A DNA stretch of 64,000 nucleotides from Verrucomicrobiota bacterium (GCA_033762115.1 JANRLX010000111.1:1-64000); one strand, 5' to 3'. Positions 1 through 12,978 are shown, counted from the first letter of the stretch. Numbers and translations: made by a program. Notes: a model not told the origin generated them from the sequence alone.

Positions 1-1223
1 TCATTGAACTGGAAACCGGTAAAGCCGTGACAGCCATTCCCGCCTCAACTGGCGGAACGGTAGGTCGCATCTCAGTGAAATCCGGCGATAAAATTTCTGT
101 TGGCGCAGTATTGATGACTGTCTCCGGAAATGGGGCAGCTCCTGCGCCTGTCTCCAAACCGGCTGCCCCCAAACCAGCGAAATCCGCTGCAAAAGCAAAA
201 CGTCCTGAACCGGAGCCGGAGCTGGAAGAGGATGAGGCAGAAGAGGTTGCGTCCGATGAAGAAGAGGATGGCGAAGGTTCGGCAGCCGAACAGGCTGGTC
301 TTCCCATAGCTGCTTCCCCATCAGTTCGCTGGATGGCCCATGAATTGGGGATCAACCTCCGTAAAATCAAAGGGAGTGGAAACGGCGGCCGGATTCAGGG
401 GGAGGATCTCCGCAATTACGTTCAACGGCTCATCAAACTTGCCCAAAAAGCTTCCGCCCCGGCTTCTGGTAAGACAGGGGCGGCAGCGCCTGTCCCGGAA
501 CGAATTGATTTCTCACGCTGGGGTTCGATCCTCAAGAAGCCAATGACCCCGCTACGGCAGACCATCAGCCGCCGGATGGTCGAAAATTCAGTCTCCATTC
601 CGCATGTGACTCAGTTTGACGACGTGGATGTAACCGCGCTCAACGATTTGCGGAAGAAACTGGCTCCCGCTTATGAAGCCAAAGGCACACGTTTGACCCT
701 GACTGCCTTTGTCATCAAAGTGGTGGCGAATACGCTGAAAAAATTCCCGCTGCTGAATTCCAGCGTTGATGAGGTCGCCAACGAAATCATCCTCAAGGAA
801 TATGTGCATATCGGGATTGCTGTGGATACCGAGCAGGGATTGCTGGTGCCGGTGATTCGGGATTGCGACAAAAAATCCATTTTGCAGCTTTCACAGGACC
901 TGAACCAACTGGCCGAAAAAGCACGCGAACGCAAAGTGACGATGGAAGAGATGAGCGGCGGCTCCTTCACCATCTCGAACCAGGGGGGAATTGGTGGAGC
1001 GCATTTCACTCCGATCATCAACAAACCGGAAGTCGCCATTCTTGGCCTTGGACGCAGCGCAACCAAAGCGGTTGTGCGCGAAGGAAAGATTGAGGCGCGC
1101 CTGATGATGCCAATCGCCATTTCCTATGACCATCGGATTATTGATGGAGGAGAGGCGGCCCGGTTCACGGTGGAACTCGTCCGCGCTTTCGAAAATTTCA
1201 AGGAAGAGGACGCTAAACTTTAA
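1..1223 (+). CDS. 2-oxoacid (probably pyruvate) dehydrogenase E2 dihydrolipoamide acyltransferase, 5'-truncated by window edge
   Basis: Frame open from base 3 (IELETGKAVTAIP, lipoyl domain); Ala/Pro/Glu linker; E3-binding ASPSVR...GSGNGGRI; catalytic DHRIIDG; directly upstream of lpdA. Confidence 0.9.
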   Translation, partial: IELETGKAVTAIPASTGGTVGRISVKSGDKISVGAVLMTVSGNGAAPAPVSKPAAPKPAKSAAKAKRPEPEPELEEDEAEEVASDEEEDGEGSAAEQAGLPIAASPSVRWMAHELGINLRKIKGSGNGGRIQGEDLRNYVQRLIKLAQKASAPASGKTGAAAPVPERIDFSRWGSILKKPMTPLRQTISRRMVENSVSIPHVTQFDDVDVTALNDLRKKLAPAYEAKGTRLTLTAFVIKVVANTLKKFPLLNSSVDEVANEIILKEYVHIGIAVDTEQGLLVPVIRDCDKKSILQLSQDLNQLAEKARERKVTMEEMSGGSFTISNQGGIGGAHFTPIINKPEVAILGLGRSATKAVVREGKIEARLMMPIAISYDHRIIDGGEAARFTVELVRAFENFKEEDAKL

Positions 1224-1227
1224 ATCA

Positions 1228-2653
1228 ATGGAGCCCATTAATACAGATATTGTCGTCATCGGGGCAGGCCCCGGCGGGTATGCTGCGGCATTTTATGCTG
1301 CCGATCATGGCCAAAAGGTCATTCTCGTCGAGCAGGAGAAACGCCTGGGAGGTGTTTGCCTGAATCGCGGTTGCATCCCTTCCAAAGCGCTGTTGCACGC
1401 AGCCAAAGTCATGGAGGAAGCAAAGGAATCCGAGAAACGTGGCATTACTTTTGGTGAAGCGAAGCTTGATGTGAACAAGATGCGCGCATGGAAGGATTCG
1501 ATCCTCACCAAACTAAGCGGTGGCGTGGCCCAACTTGCCAAGTCCCGCGGAGTGGAAGTCCTCTCCGGCCGTGGATATTTTGAGGATTCCAAAACCTTGC
1601 GTGTGGAGACGGAAAAAGGGCAGCAGTTTGTCCAATTCGGCAAGGCGATCATCGCGGTCGGTTCCCGTCCGGCGTTGCCCAAGGCGTTTGACCTGGGATC
1701 CGCGCATCATGACTTCCACCGAAGCGCTGGAGATCGAGGATGTCCCGGAAAACCTGCTCGTGATTGGCGGCGGTTATATCGGGATGGAACTGGGCACCGT
1801 TTACGCCGCATTGGGCAGTAACGTCGTTGTGGTCGAAGCCATGGATTCCATCCTGGCAGGCGCGGACCCTGACCTTGTCCGCCCCGTTGCGAAGTACGCC
1901 GAAAAACATTTCAAGGAAGTTCGCCTCAAAACCAAAGTGGCCTCCATGTCCACGGTTGGAAAACAGGTCAAGGTTGTCATTGAACGTGACGGCAAGCAGG
2001 TCGAGGAGCTTTATGACCGAGTGCTGGTGTCCGTGGGAAGAACACCGAACGTCAATGATTTCGGCCTCGAGAACACCAAAGTGACCAGGGATGAAAAAGG
2101 ATTTATCCAGGTCAGCCCGCAACAGCAAACAGCAGATCCTGACATTTATGCCATCGGCGACGTGGCCGGTGGTTTGTTGCTCGCGCACAAGGCTTCTCGT
2201 GAAGCCCGAATTGCAGTGAATGCAATCCTTGGGGAAGAGGGGCCCAGCGACAAATTTGTTATTCCAGCAGTGGTCTTTACTGAGCCTGAAGTGGCCTGGG
2301 CAGGAATCACGGAAAATGAAGCACGTGCCAAAGGGATCGAAGTTCAGGTTGCCAAATTTCCATGGGGAGCGATTGGCCGTGCGTTGACCTTTGACAAACC
2401 GGAAGGGTTGACCAAACTGATAGTCGATCCATCCAGCGAACGAATTCTCGGAGTCGGCATTGTTGGCCATGGGGCAGGGGAATTGATTGGAGAGGGGGCC
2501 CTGGCCATTGAGATGGGCGCCACTGTTCGAGACCTGGCCATGACAGTTCATCCGCATCCAACTTTGTCTGAAACCTTGATGGAGGCGGCGGAAGTGTTTT
2601 ACGGGCATTCGACGCATGTTTTTTCGCGTCGCCGCGCGGAAGCAACCGCATAA
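1228..2653 (+). CDS. lpdA: Dihydrolipoamide dehydrogenase (E3), interrupted by one frameshift at ~1695-1698
   Basis: GAGPGG FAD motif and GGVCLNRGCIPSK redox disulfide in frame 1; GGGYIG NAD motif and HPHPTLSE in frame 2; the frames join at KAFDL/DPRIMTST. Confidence 0.93.
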
Positions 2654-2689
2654 CAACGGCAGCCTGGCGGAACCGCCGCGCAAGAATTT

Positions 2690-3943
2690 ATGAAATGGTC
2701 ATTAAGTTCCTGGGCAGGAGTTCTCCTGCTCTCAGCGGTCGTTTCCCTCGGAGAAAACTGGCCTCGCTTTCGTGGTCCGACCGGGCAGGGCATTTCGAGC
2801 GAGACCGCAATCCCATCCAGCTGGTCCCCAGGCGAGGGGATTAAATGGAAAACTTCGATTCCCGGCGAGAGCTGGTCTTCCCCGATTGTTTGGGGGGATT
2901 CCGTTTTCCTCACGACGACCGTTGAAATGGGGCAGCATTGCCACGTGCTTTGCATTGACCGGAAAAATGGCGAAATCCGCTGGAACAAAAAAGTGTTCGA
3001 GCAGGTGCCACTTCGCAAGGAGGGGAAAAATTCTTATGCCAGTTCCACTCCGGTGACGGATGGCAAATCTGTCTTCGCGGTGTTTGGTGATGGATCGGTG
3101 GCAGCGCTTGATTTTAATGGGCAGATTCTTTGGACGAACCGGGATGTTAAATTTTACAGCCAGCATGGGTTGGGCGCATCGCCCGTGCTTTACCGTGATC
3201 TTCTGATCATGCCTTTTGATGGCAGCAGCACAGGTGAAGATAAGACTGTGGGATGGCAAAAGCCATGGGACAAATCATTCATCAACGCTTACGACATCAA
3301 AACCGGCAAAGTCCGCTGGACGGCCAAACGTGGCATGTCGCGCATTGCGCATGTCACTCCCAACCTGCTGGTGGAAAATGGAGAAACTCAATTGATCAGC
3401 GGCGCGGGGGATGTGGTGCAGGGATTCAATCCAGACACAGGGGAGCTGATCTGGACGGCGGCCAGTCGCGGGGAAGGTGTTGTTCCATCCATTGTCATTG
3501 GGAACGGGCTGATTTTTTCGGCGTCAGGTTTTGAGAAATCCACCATTCGCGCCATGAAAACGGGTGGGAAGGGTGATGTCACTGAAACTCACATTGTGTG
3601 GGAACAGACGAAGGGAGTTCCTTCATTGTCCTCGTTTGTGCTGCACCAGGATTATCTTTTTGCGATCACGGATGGCGGAGTGGCTTCCTGTCTGGAAGCG
3701 AAAACGGGAAAACAACTCTGGCAGGAACGGGTGGGTGGAAAACACTCTGCCTCGCCTGTGCTGGTCGATGGAAAAATTTATTTCCTCTCCGAAGAGGGGG
3801 AAACCGCAATGATCGAACCAGGGCCTGAATTCAAAATCCTTGGCCGTAACAGCATCAACGAAAAGTGCCAGGCGTCCATGGCGATTTCCCAGGGGAACAT
3901 CTTTATTCGTTCTGAAAAAAAACTGTTCTGCATCGGGAAATGA
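2690..3943 (+). CDS. Secreted PQQ-like beta-propeller repeat protein (BamB-like family)
   Basis: Signal peptide, WPRFRGP N-terminus, repeated SSP / W-docking motifs (D.KTG...W). Confidence 0.85.
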   Translation: MKWSLSSWAGVLLLSAVVSLGENWPRFRGPTGQGISSETAIPSSWSPGEGIKWKTSIPGESWSSPIVWGDSVFLTTTVEMGQHCHVLCIDRKNGEIRWNKKVFEQVPLRKEGKNSYASSTPVTDGKSVFAVFGDGSVAALDFNGQILWTNRDVKFYSQHGLGASPVLYRDLLIMPFDGSSTGEDKTVGWQKPWDKSFINAYDIKTGKVRWTAKRGMSRIAHVTPNLLVENGETQLISGAGDVVQGFNPDTGELIWTAASRGEGVVPSIVIGNGLIFSASGFEKSTIRAMKTGGKGDVTETHIVWEQTKGVPSLSSFVLHQDYLFAITDGGVASCLEAKTGKQLWQERVGGKHSASPVLVDGKIYFLSEEGETAMIEPGPEFKILGRNSINEKCQASMAISQGNIFIRSEKKLFCIGK

Positions 3944-4785
3944 GCATCTCCACCGGCGTTCGGTTTTCCGGTGCGATTGAACTGGCGCCCGGATTTGTTC
4001 CACGCCAGAAGATTTCCCATGTCCTGTTTGATTTCGATGGCACACTCTCCCTGGTCCGGGAAGGCTGGCCAGACCTGATGCTGGAGATGTTTTTGGAGCG
4101 CCTGCCTCCACTCAGTGGCGATTCGCCGGAAGAACTTCGCAAATTGCTCTTTAGTGACATGATGGAGTTGAACGGCAAACCTACCATTTTTCAGATGGAA
4201 CGATTTGCCCGGCGGGTCGCGGAACGAGGAGCCGTTCCTCTGGCAGTTACGGAGTACCTCGCTGATTTCAGCGGACGGCTCCTGAAAAAGATCAAGGCCC
4301 GGACAGATGGAATGGAGAACGGTTCAATTCCAGCCTCAAGATTTTTGCTTCATGGCGCGCGGGAGTTTCTCGAATTGCTGAGAGAGAGGGGGTTTCAATT
4401 ATGGCTGGCCAGCGGCACAGATGAAATTTCGGTTAAACGGGAAGCAGCGCTCCTCGGGGTGACTGAATTTTTTGGATCGCACATTTATGGCGCGCAGGCG
4501 GACCCAACGGCATTTTCCAAAAAACATGTCATTGATCGGTTACTGAGGGAGAATGGAATCACAGGTGAGCAACTTGTCGCTTTCGGGGATGGCCATGTTG
4601 AAATTCAGAATACGAAAGAGGTTGGTGGGCTGACCGTGGCGGTGGCCAGCGATGAAGCAAACAATGGTTCGGGCAGAATCGATCCCTGGAAACGCGCACG
4701 CCTGCTTGATGTGGGCGCAGACATTGTGATCCCGGATTTTCGCGATGGGGAAGCGTTGTTGTCACTGATTTCTGGCGCCGCATGA
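3940..4785 (+). CDS. HAD-superfamily hydrolase (phosphatase)
   Basis: Motif I FDFDGTLS, motif II LASG, motif IV FGDG; ATGA overlap with upstream gene. Confidence 0.85.
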   Translation: MSISTGVRFSGAIELAPGFVPRQKISHVLFDFDGTLSLVREGWPDLMLEMFLERLPPLSGDSPEELRKLLFSDMMELNGKPTIFQMERFARRVAERGAVPLAVTEYLADFSGRLLKKIKARTDGMENGSIPASRFLLHGAREFLELLRERGFQLWLASGTDEISVKREAALLGVTEFFGSHIYGAQADPTAFSKKHVIDRLLRENGITGEQLVAFGDGHVEIQNTKEVGGLTVAVASDEANNGSGRIDPWKRARLLDVGADIVIPDFRDGEALLSLISGAA

Positions 4786-5891
4786 AGCCATACGCCCAGC
4801 TGGATATTGGGAAGGTAAAGGTATTCCCGCTTGTCTCCCGCCGGAGCTTGAGCGAGGTGAATGCCTTGATGGTTGATCCGGAAGCGCCTCTGCAACCGAT
4901 CTCCGAAAACAGCAGCGCACGAATTCGTGACTGTGCGGATAAAATAAGAGAGGCGATCAAACGACGTGCCGCTGTGATGCTGATTTACGGAGCGCACCTC
5001 GTAAAAAACGGCGCTTCATTGATCGTGCAGGAATTGATTCGCAGCGGGGCGGTGAACCATCTTGCCACGAATGGGGCCGGTACCATTCATGATTGGGAAT
5101 TCGCCTGGTTTGGTCAATCCACCGAAAGTGTGGCGGACAATGTGCTGACCGGAACATTTGGAACATGGGATGAAACGAGCAGGAACATTCATATTGCATT
5201 GCTCGCAGGCGGCACGCGAGGGGAGGGCTATGGCCAGTCGCTTGGCCGATTGATTCATGAGGAGGGAGTTGAAATCCCCCCAGCTGCAGAGCTGAGCAAG
5301 CTGATCGTCAATGATCCCAATCACCCGCTCACAGCCGCACGGGCAGAGTTGCTTGCGGCGATCAATGATCACCGGTTGCCTTCAGGCTGGTATGCATTGC
5401 CGCACCGCTGGAAAGGAAGTTCAATCCTTGGGGAAGCCGCACGGTTGAACGTTCCCCTGACGGTTCATCCTGGGATTGGATATGATATTATTTCCAATCA
5501 TCCAATGTTCAATGGAGGAGCCATCGGTCGCGCGGCGGGGATTGATTTTAAGGTGTTTGGTGCAGCGGTCTCCAACCTTGATGGAGGTGTGGTCCTGAGC
5601 GTGGGGTCGGCCATCATGGGGCCGCAGGTTTTCGAGAAAAGTCTCAGTTGCGTCAATAACCTCCGCATCCAGCGGGGAGAACCGATCATTCGCGACCATT
5701 CCATTTATGTGGTAGACCTGCAGGATGGCGGGAATTGGGACTGGACCAGGGGAGAACCTCCAAAGGATAACCCCGCTTATTATCTGCGATTTTGTAAAAG
5801 CTTTTCCCGCATGGGAGGCGCCATGCATTACCTGCAATGTGATAACCTCGCGTTCCTGCACCATCTTTATCAGGAATTGAAAAAGCCGTGA
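4782..5891 (+). CDS. Conserved hypothetical protein, deoxyhypusine-synthase-like fold suspected
   Basis: 369 aa with 4-bp overlaps at both ends; motifs YGAHLVKNG, LATNGAGTIHD, VGSAIMGPQVFEK resemble DHS-like proteins. Confidence 0.65.
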   Translation: MKPYAQLDIGKVKVFPLVSRRSLSEVNALMVDPEAPLQPISENSSARIRDCADKIREAIKRRAAVMLIYGAHLVKNGASLIVQELIRSGAVNHLATNGAGTIHDWEFAWFGQSTESVADNVLTGTFGTWDETSRNIHIALLAGGTRGEGYGQSLGRLIHEEGVEIPPAAELSKLIVNDPNHPLTAARAELLAAINDHRLPSGWYALPHRWKGSSILGEAARLNVPLTVHPGIGYDIISNHPMFNGGAIGRAAGIDFKVFGAAVSNLDGGVVLSVGSAIMGPQVFEKSLSCVNNLRIQRGEPIIRDHSIYVVDLQDGGNWDWTRGEPPKDNPAYYLRFCKSFSRMGGAMHYLQCDNLAFLHHLYQELKKP

Positions 5892-6907
5892 GACTGGAAC
5901 GGTTTCATCAGATCACTTCCAGTTATCCGCGGTTGCGCATTGCAATTGCAGGCGATTTCTGTCTGGACAGGTATTTCGAAATTGACCCTGCGCGCGCCGA
6001 GGTTTCAATCGAAACCGGCCTTGAGGTCTATAATGTCATGCGGGTGAGATGCCAGCCGGGTGGTGCCGGAACCATTCTTAATAATCTGGCAGCGCTTGGG
6101 GTGGGGCAGATTTTTCCAATTGGGTTTTATGGGGATGACGGGGAAGGTTTTGAGTTGCGGAGGTCTCTTGCTGCGAGGCGGGGAGTGGATTTGCGTCATT
6201 TTATTTCCTCGAGTGCTCTCAACACATTTACGTATAGCAAACCATTGGTGCTGGAAGCCGGAAGAAGCCCGCGCGAATTGAATCGGCTCGATCTCAAGAA
6301 CTGGAAGCCCACCGACCAAAATGTGGCCCAACAATTGGCTAAAGCCATTCGATCTGTCGCGGAGCAGGTTGATGCGTTGATCGTGCTGGATCAGGTGGAT
6401 ATCCCTGAAACCGGTGTCATCACCCGCATTGTCCGGGAAGCTTTGGGAGAAATTGCCGCAGCCCACCCTTCGCTGTTAATCCTTGCTGATAGTCGTCGTG
6501 GATTGGGGGATTTTCCGAAACTCGGCTACAAAATGAATGCGCAGGAACTGGCACGGATGCGAAAGATGGGTGGAGCCTTGAGCAAGACGGAAGTCCAGGC
6601 GCTGGCCAAGGATCTTTCCCAGGAAACAGGGAAAGCGGTTTTCATCACAATGGCGGAGCAAGGGATCATCGGTGCCTCACCGGGGGAGATGCCGATCCAC
6701 CGTCCCGCGCTGCCGGTGCGGGGAGAAATTGATATCGTGGGTGCAGGGGATTCTGTCACGGCGAATCTTACTGCGGCTTTGGCGGCCAGGGGTACCATTG
6801 CAGAAGCATGTGAGCTCGCAATGCTCGCTTCCTCGGTGGTCATCCATCAACTCGGCACGACCGGCACCGCTTCCGTGGCACAAATGGAAGAATTTTTGGA
6901 GAGTTGA
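5888..6907 (+). CDS. PfkB-family sugar kinase resembling the HldE/RfaE kinase domain
   Basis: N-terminal IAGDFCLDRY, PGGAG, C-terminal DIVGAGDSV PfkB signature; no C-terminal adenylyltransferase domain. Confidence 0.85.
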   Translation: MRLERFHQITSSYPRLRIAIAGDFCLDRYFEIDPARAEVSIETGLEVYNVMRVRCQPGGAGTILNNLAALGVGQIFPIGFYGDDGEGFELRRSLAARRGVDLRHFISSSALNTFTYSKPLVLEAGRSPRELNRLDLKNWKPTDQNVAQQLAKAIRSVAEQVDALIVLDQVDIPETGVITRIVREALGEIAAAHPSLLILADSRRGLGDFPKLGYKMNAQELARMRKMGGALSKTEVQALAKDLSQETGKAVFITMAEQGIIGASPGEMPIHRPALPVRGEIDIVGAGDSVTANLTAALAARGTIAEACELAMLASSVVIHQLGTTGTASVAQMEEFLES

Positions 6908-7932
6908 ATCGCATGCGTCACCGGCGTCAATTCCTGATCTGCTGCTGTTTATGCTTCGGGTTTCTTTCCGGTTGCGCGACGACCCGGCAATCTGCGGAAC
7001 GTTTTGAATTTGTCGAAACCCACATGGGGATGCCGGTTCGAATGGTTTTTTATGCCGCTGATGAAACTCAGGCCGAAAAAGCTGCGGATGCAGCTTATGC
7101 GCGAATTGCGGAACTGAACCAAATTTTCAGCGACTATGAGGAGACGAGTGAAATCAGCCTTTTGATGCGCAGGGCCGGGAGCGACAACTTTGTGCCTGTG
7201 AGCGGTGAATTGTGGGAGGTCCTGAAACGTTCCCAAAAAATTTCGCGCGAAACGGAGGGAGCCTTTGACGTGACGGTCGGTCCGCTGGTGCAGCTGTGGC
7301 GCCGGGCAAGACGGCAGCGGGCGTTGCCTGAACACGCGCTCCTGGAGGAAGCAAAAGGCCGGGTGGGTCACGAAAAAATAGTCCTACGAGAGCAGGACCG
7401 GTCCGTCTGCTTGAAAGTGCCGGGAATGCGACTCGATTTTGGGGCGATTGCCAAAGGCTATGCGTTGGATGAGGGATTAAAACAATTGAAAGCGCGAAAA
7501 ATTTCACGCGCTCTGTTGAACGCCGGGGGGGACATGGCCATTGGAGAACCGCCTCCCGGGCAAAAAGGTTGGCGGATTGAATTACCGTCGGTGATAGCAG
7601 GAGAGCAGGGGCGCACGAATTATTTGCAATTGAAAAATTGCGGATTCGCAACTTCCGGAGATTCCGTCCAACGATTGGAACTGGATGGAAAACGCTACTC
7701 CCACATTGTTGATCCTCGCACCGGGGTTGGATTAACGGACCAGAGCCAGGTGGTGGTGGTTGCAGGTGATTGTGTGACGGCGGACAGCCTCTCCACCGCT
7801 GTGAGTGTGCTTGGGCCGAAGAACGGTTTGCCACTGCTCAACAAATATGAGGCGCAGGGACGAATCGTCCATGCGCCTGCTGAGAAGGTTCGGGAATATT
7901 CGACTACCGGGTTTAAGCGGTTGGTCGATTAA
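6904..7932 (+). CDS. apbE: FAD:protein FMN transferase (ApbE family lipoprotein)
   Basis: Lipobox LSGC; HMG, FDVTVGPL, DFGAIAKGYALD, GGD, ATSGD, YSHIVDPRTG, ADSLSTA. Confidence 0.93.
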   Translation: MNRMRHRRQFLICCCLCFGFLSGCATTRQSAERFEFVETHMGMPVRMVFYAADETQAEKAADAAYARIAELNQIFSDYEETSEISLLMRRAGSDNFVPVSGELWEVLKRSQKISRETEGAFDVTVGPLVQLWRRARRQRALPEHALLEEAKGRVGHEKIVLREQDRSVCLKVPGMRLDFGAIAKGYALDEGLKQLKARKISRALLNAGGDMAIGEPPPGQKGWRIELPSVIAGEQGRTNYLQLKNCGFATSGDSVQRLELDGKRYSHIVDPRTGVGLTDQSQVVVVAGDCVTADSLSTAVSVLGPKNGLPLLNKYEAQGRIVHAPAEKVREYSTTGFKRLVD

Positions 7933-10463
<2,531 letters not shown>

Positions 10464-10557
10464 AAATGATGATTAACCACCCTCCTGACATTTGAAAAGC
10501 ATTCTTTAGAACGGGCTCCGGGTCAATAAGGGAGGTTACCAAATCAACATTTTTTAG

Positions 10558-11412
10558 TTACTTAGACTTTGAAGCCGGAGTTTTTGCCGGGGCCGGAAGG
10601 GGTGAGGATGGTGCCTTGGAATCTCCACCCAGCAACGCTGTAATTTCCGGCGGCAGATCGAACACGGAATCAGGCACCTTGTCTGATTCCACGCTTTCAA
10701 AGGTCATCACCTGCTGGAGGCCGGACATTTTTTGGATCATCTTTGTCGGAAGGGTAATATCGCCAAATTTTTTGTAGTCCCCGATCACGGTAGTGACGGT
10801 GACTGGCCCAAACTGAGTTTCCTGCGTTCCGGTGTAACCGGATTGCAAACCGGTTTCCACATCATAATACTCAAAAATTTCCTCTCCATTTTTTCGCACC
10901 AGCCTGAGTTTATAGGATGCACGCCCCTCGAAATTCGTTTTAGTCACGGTTTCGAGCGATTTGTAATCATCGAGTTGATGCAGCACATTATAAAAATCCG
11001 CCTGCCGGACCATATCTTCGAGGGCTTTTCCTTCCAGGATGGTTGGACCGGTCAACGGGTTGATGCTCCATCCGATCTTGCCGTTATAACCTTGAACAAT
11101 GGGGCCGATCCCCTCCAACTCCACCCGTGCGACTAATTTGTTCGGTTTCGCGGCAAACACATTCAAGGTTCCGTTGATCCCCTGGCCAGGCGTTTCCACT
11201 TTTCCTTTCATATGGTGTGAGGTGTGGTTGAGGAAATTTGATTTCCCGCCGAGCTTTTCCACGTAATTGGACAAGATCGTTTCCGCCCTGGGCAATGGCG
11301 TATTGACAAGAGCGGTTTTGCCTTCCTCCTTTTGCGCGGTTGTTTCAGTTGCGTGGGATGGCTGGAATAACGCCAAACATGCGAACAGATAAATGACAGC
11401 GGCAGTTTTCAT
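10558..11412 (-). CDS. Secreted hypothetical protein, outer-membrane lipoprotein-sorting (LolA-like) fold suspected
   Basis: Signal peptide; LGG, GYNGKIGW, YYDVETGL, DYKKFGDITLP, VPDSVFDLP pattern; ATGA overlap with S41 gene. Confidence 0.6.
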   Translation of the reverse strand: MKTAAVIYLFACLALFQPSHATETTAQKEEGKTALVNTPLPRAETILSNYVEKLGGKSNFLNHTSHHMKGKVETPGQGINGTLNVFAAKPNKLVARVELEGIGPIVQGYNGKIGWSINPLTGPTILEGKALEDMVRQADFYNVLHQLDDYKSLETVTKTNFEGRASYKLRLVRKNGEEIFEYYDVETGLQSGYTGTQETQFGPVTVTTVIGDYKKFGDITLPTKMIQKMSGLQQVMTFESVESDKVPDSVFDLPPEITALLGGDSKAPSSPLPAPAKTPASKSK

Positions 11413-12812
11413 TTTGAGCGGGTTTCCTTGGCGATCCAGTCAACAGCTGCCTGCAAAACGGGATCTTTGTTCTTCAGCAAATCATTTCGTGTGAGTTTGA
11501 TGATCACGTCCGGCGTGACTCCCCTGCTTTCAAGCCGCTGATCATTGGGCAAAATGTAATCTGCCAATGCATGGTAAAGCAAATCTCCATTCGGGAGCCG
11601 GTCAAAAATTGCTGGCAGAGCCTGCCCCGTGGTTGGCTCTCCAATAATACGTGCACGGCCAATCGCCTGCATTCCACCCGCAAATAGTTCAGAAGCGCTG
11701 AGGCTGATTGGGTCGACCAAGATGGCAAGCTGGCCTGAAAACGGCTCCACCCGCTGGAGGCGGGCGCTCACTTTTCGGGGCAGAATGTTAAAAACCATCT
11801 GATTATCCCGCATTTTCATGGTCCCGAGCGAGGTCTGGTTTGTCAGGAGATGGCCTGATAAACCCAGGACAAATCCAACAATCCCGCCTACGTTCCCTCG
11901 CAGGTCAATGATCATCCCATCAAGTGTGCGGAATTCCTCGATGGCCTCATTAAAGGCATTTGCGTTGGGCATGGTCCATTGATTGAACCAGAAATAACCA
12001 AGCGGTCTGCCCTCCTCGACTTGCAATATTTTTTGCTCATGTCGCGCATAAAGCGTTGGAAAATTGCCTAATTTAAAGGGCACTCCTTCCGGGGCGACTC
12101 GTTTCACCCTGAGGGGATGCGGTCGGTCCTGATCATCCAGGAAAGTAATATTGATCTCCGAACCGGGAGGGCCTTTCAACAGCTGCATCACACCGCTCCA
12201 TTGCTGGAAAATTTTCATCGCTGCCATGTCAGCCTCTGCCAGTTCCTCCAGATAACCCTCCATTTCGGTGCCATCGATTTCCTTTAATACCCAGCCCGGT
12301 TTGATTGGACTACCCTCTTCTGACAGCTCCCGATTAATGGAAGAAACCATTGCCTGATCCTCTATAATTCGGATTTCAAAAGGGGGCAGACCGGATTCAT
12401 TGGCTGGCGGAGCGGAATTCTCCGGTTCCACGGTTGCAGACTGCTCTCTGGCAGGCGGCAGGGTGGCATTCGTGTCTGGGGAGAGAGACGTGCCAGTGGG
12501 ACGCCCAGGAATTATGGAAAGATGGGAGTGCCCCAGCAGTTGCAACATTTCCTCCAGCACTTGCCTCAATTCCGGGGTACTGTTTGCCGCAAGCGCCCGA
12601 GGGCGAAACTCCTGACGAACTTTGTTCCAGTCAATGCCATTAAAATTTGTGTCAAAATGAGTGTCGTTAATGATCTGCCAGGCGGCATCGAACGTCTCGG
12701 CGGCCTTGTAAACTGGCGCCGGTTTGATTTCAGATTTTTTATGGCTGCACGCTGCCAGCAGGAGCAGAGGAAGCAGCAGCAGCAGTCGCACAAACTGAAG
12801 GAGTTCGCTCAT
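11409..12812 (-). CDS. S41-family (C-terminal processing) peptidase, lipoprotein
   Basis: Lipobox LLAAC; IIDLRGNVGG, SLSASELFA, GEPTTG, GVTPD; start placed at MSELLQ (ORF open to 12863). Confidence 0.88.
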   Translation of the reverse strand: MSELLQFVRLLLLLPLLLLAACSHKKSEIKPAPVYKAAETFDAAWQIINDTHFDTNFNGIDWNKVRQEFRPRALAANSTPELRQVLEEMLQLLGHSHLSIIPGRPTGTSLSPDTNATLPPAREQSATVEPENSAPPANESGLPPFEIRIIEDQAMVSSINRELSEEGSPIKPGWVLKEIDGTEMEGYLEELAEADMAAMKIFQQWSGVMQLLKGPPGSEINITFLDDQDRPHPLRVKRVAPEGVPFKLGNFPTLYARHEQKILQVEEGRPLGYFWFNQWTMPNANAFNEAIEEFRTLDGMIIDLRGNVGGIVGFVLGLSGHLLTNQTSLGTMKMRDNQMVFNILPRKVSARLQRVEPFSGQLAILVDPISLSASELFAGGMQAIGRARIIGEPTTGQALPAIFDRLPNGDLLYHALADYILPNDQRLESRGVTPDVIIKLTRNDLLKNKDPVLQAAVDWIAKETRSK

Positions 12813-12978
12813 GATTCCTGCGAATCGATTCCCGGGCAACAGGAGCCGGAAGCCTGATAACATTCAGCGCACAACGTTTTTCCGGTAAAATCATAGGCAC
12901 CATACCTGCCGCAATGATCACAGACGTTTTCCTGCTCAGATTGAATTCCCTCGCTCATCGGGTGCACTGTTTCACGGA

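Noticed and set aside
3..40. Lipoyl motif reads ETGKA rather than ETDKA
   Set aside because: The lipoyl Lys is retained and the domain is cut by the window edge; not enough to claim anything unusual
1649..2683. Long antisense ORFs (344 aa here; also 16655-17773 and 58976-59707)
   Set aside because: Shadows of well-conserved genes on the opposite strand, with no recognisable motifs
2690..3943. PQQ-dependent dehydrogenase or true BamB
   Set aside because: Only generic propeller repeats are visible; this family is highly expanded in PVC genomes and nothing supports a specific function
6904..7932. ApbE as part of the extracellular electron transfer system
   Set aside because: It lies ~38 kb from the cytochrome operon and I saw no FMN-binding target protein in the window
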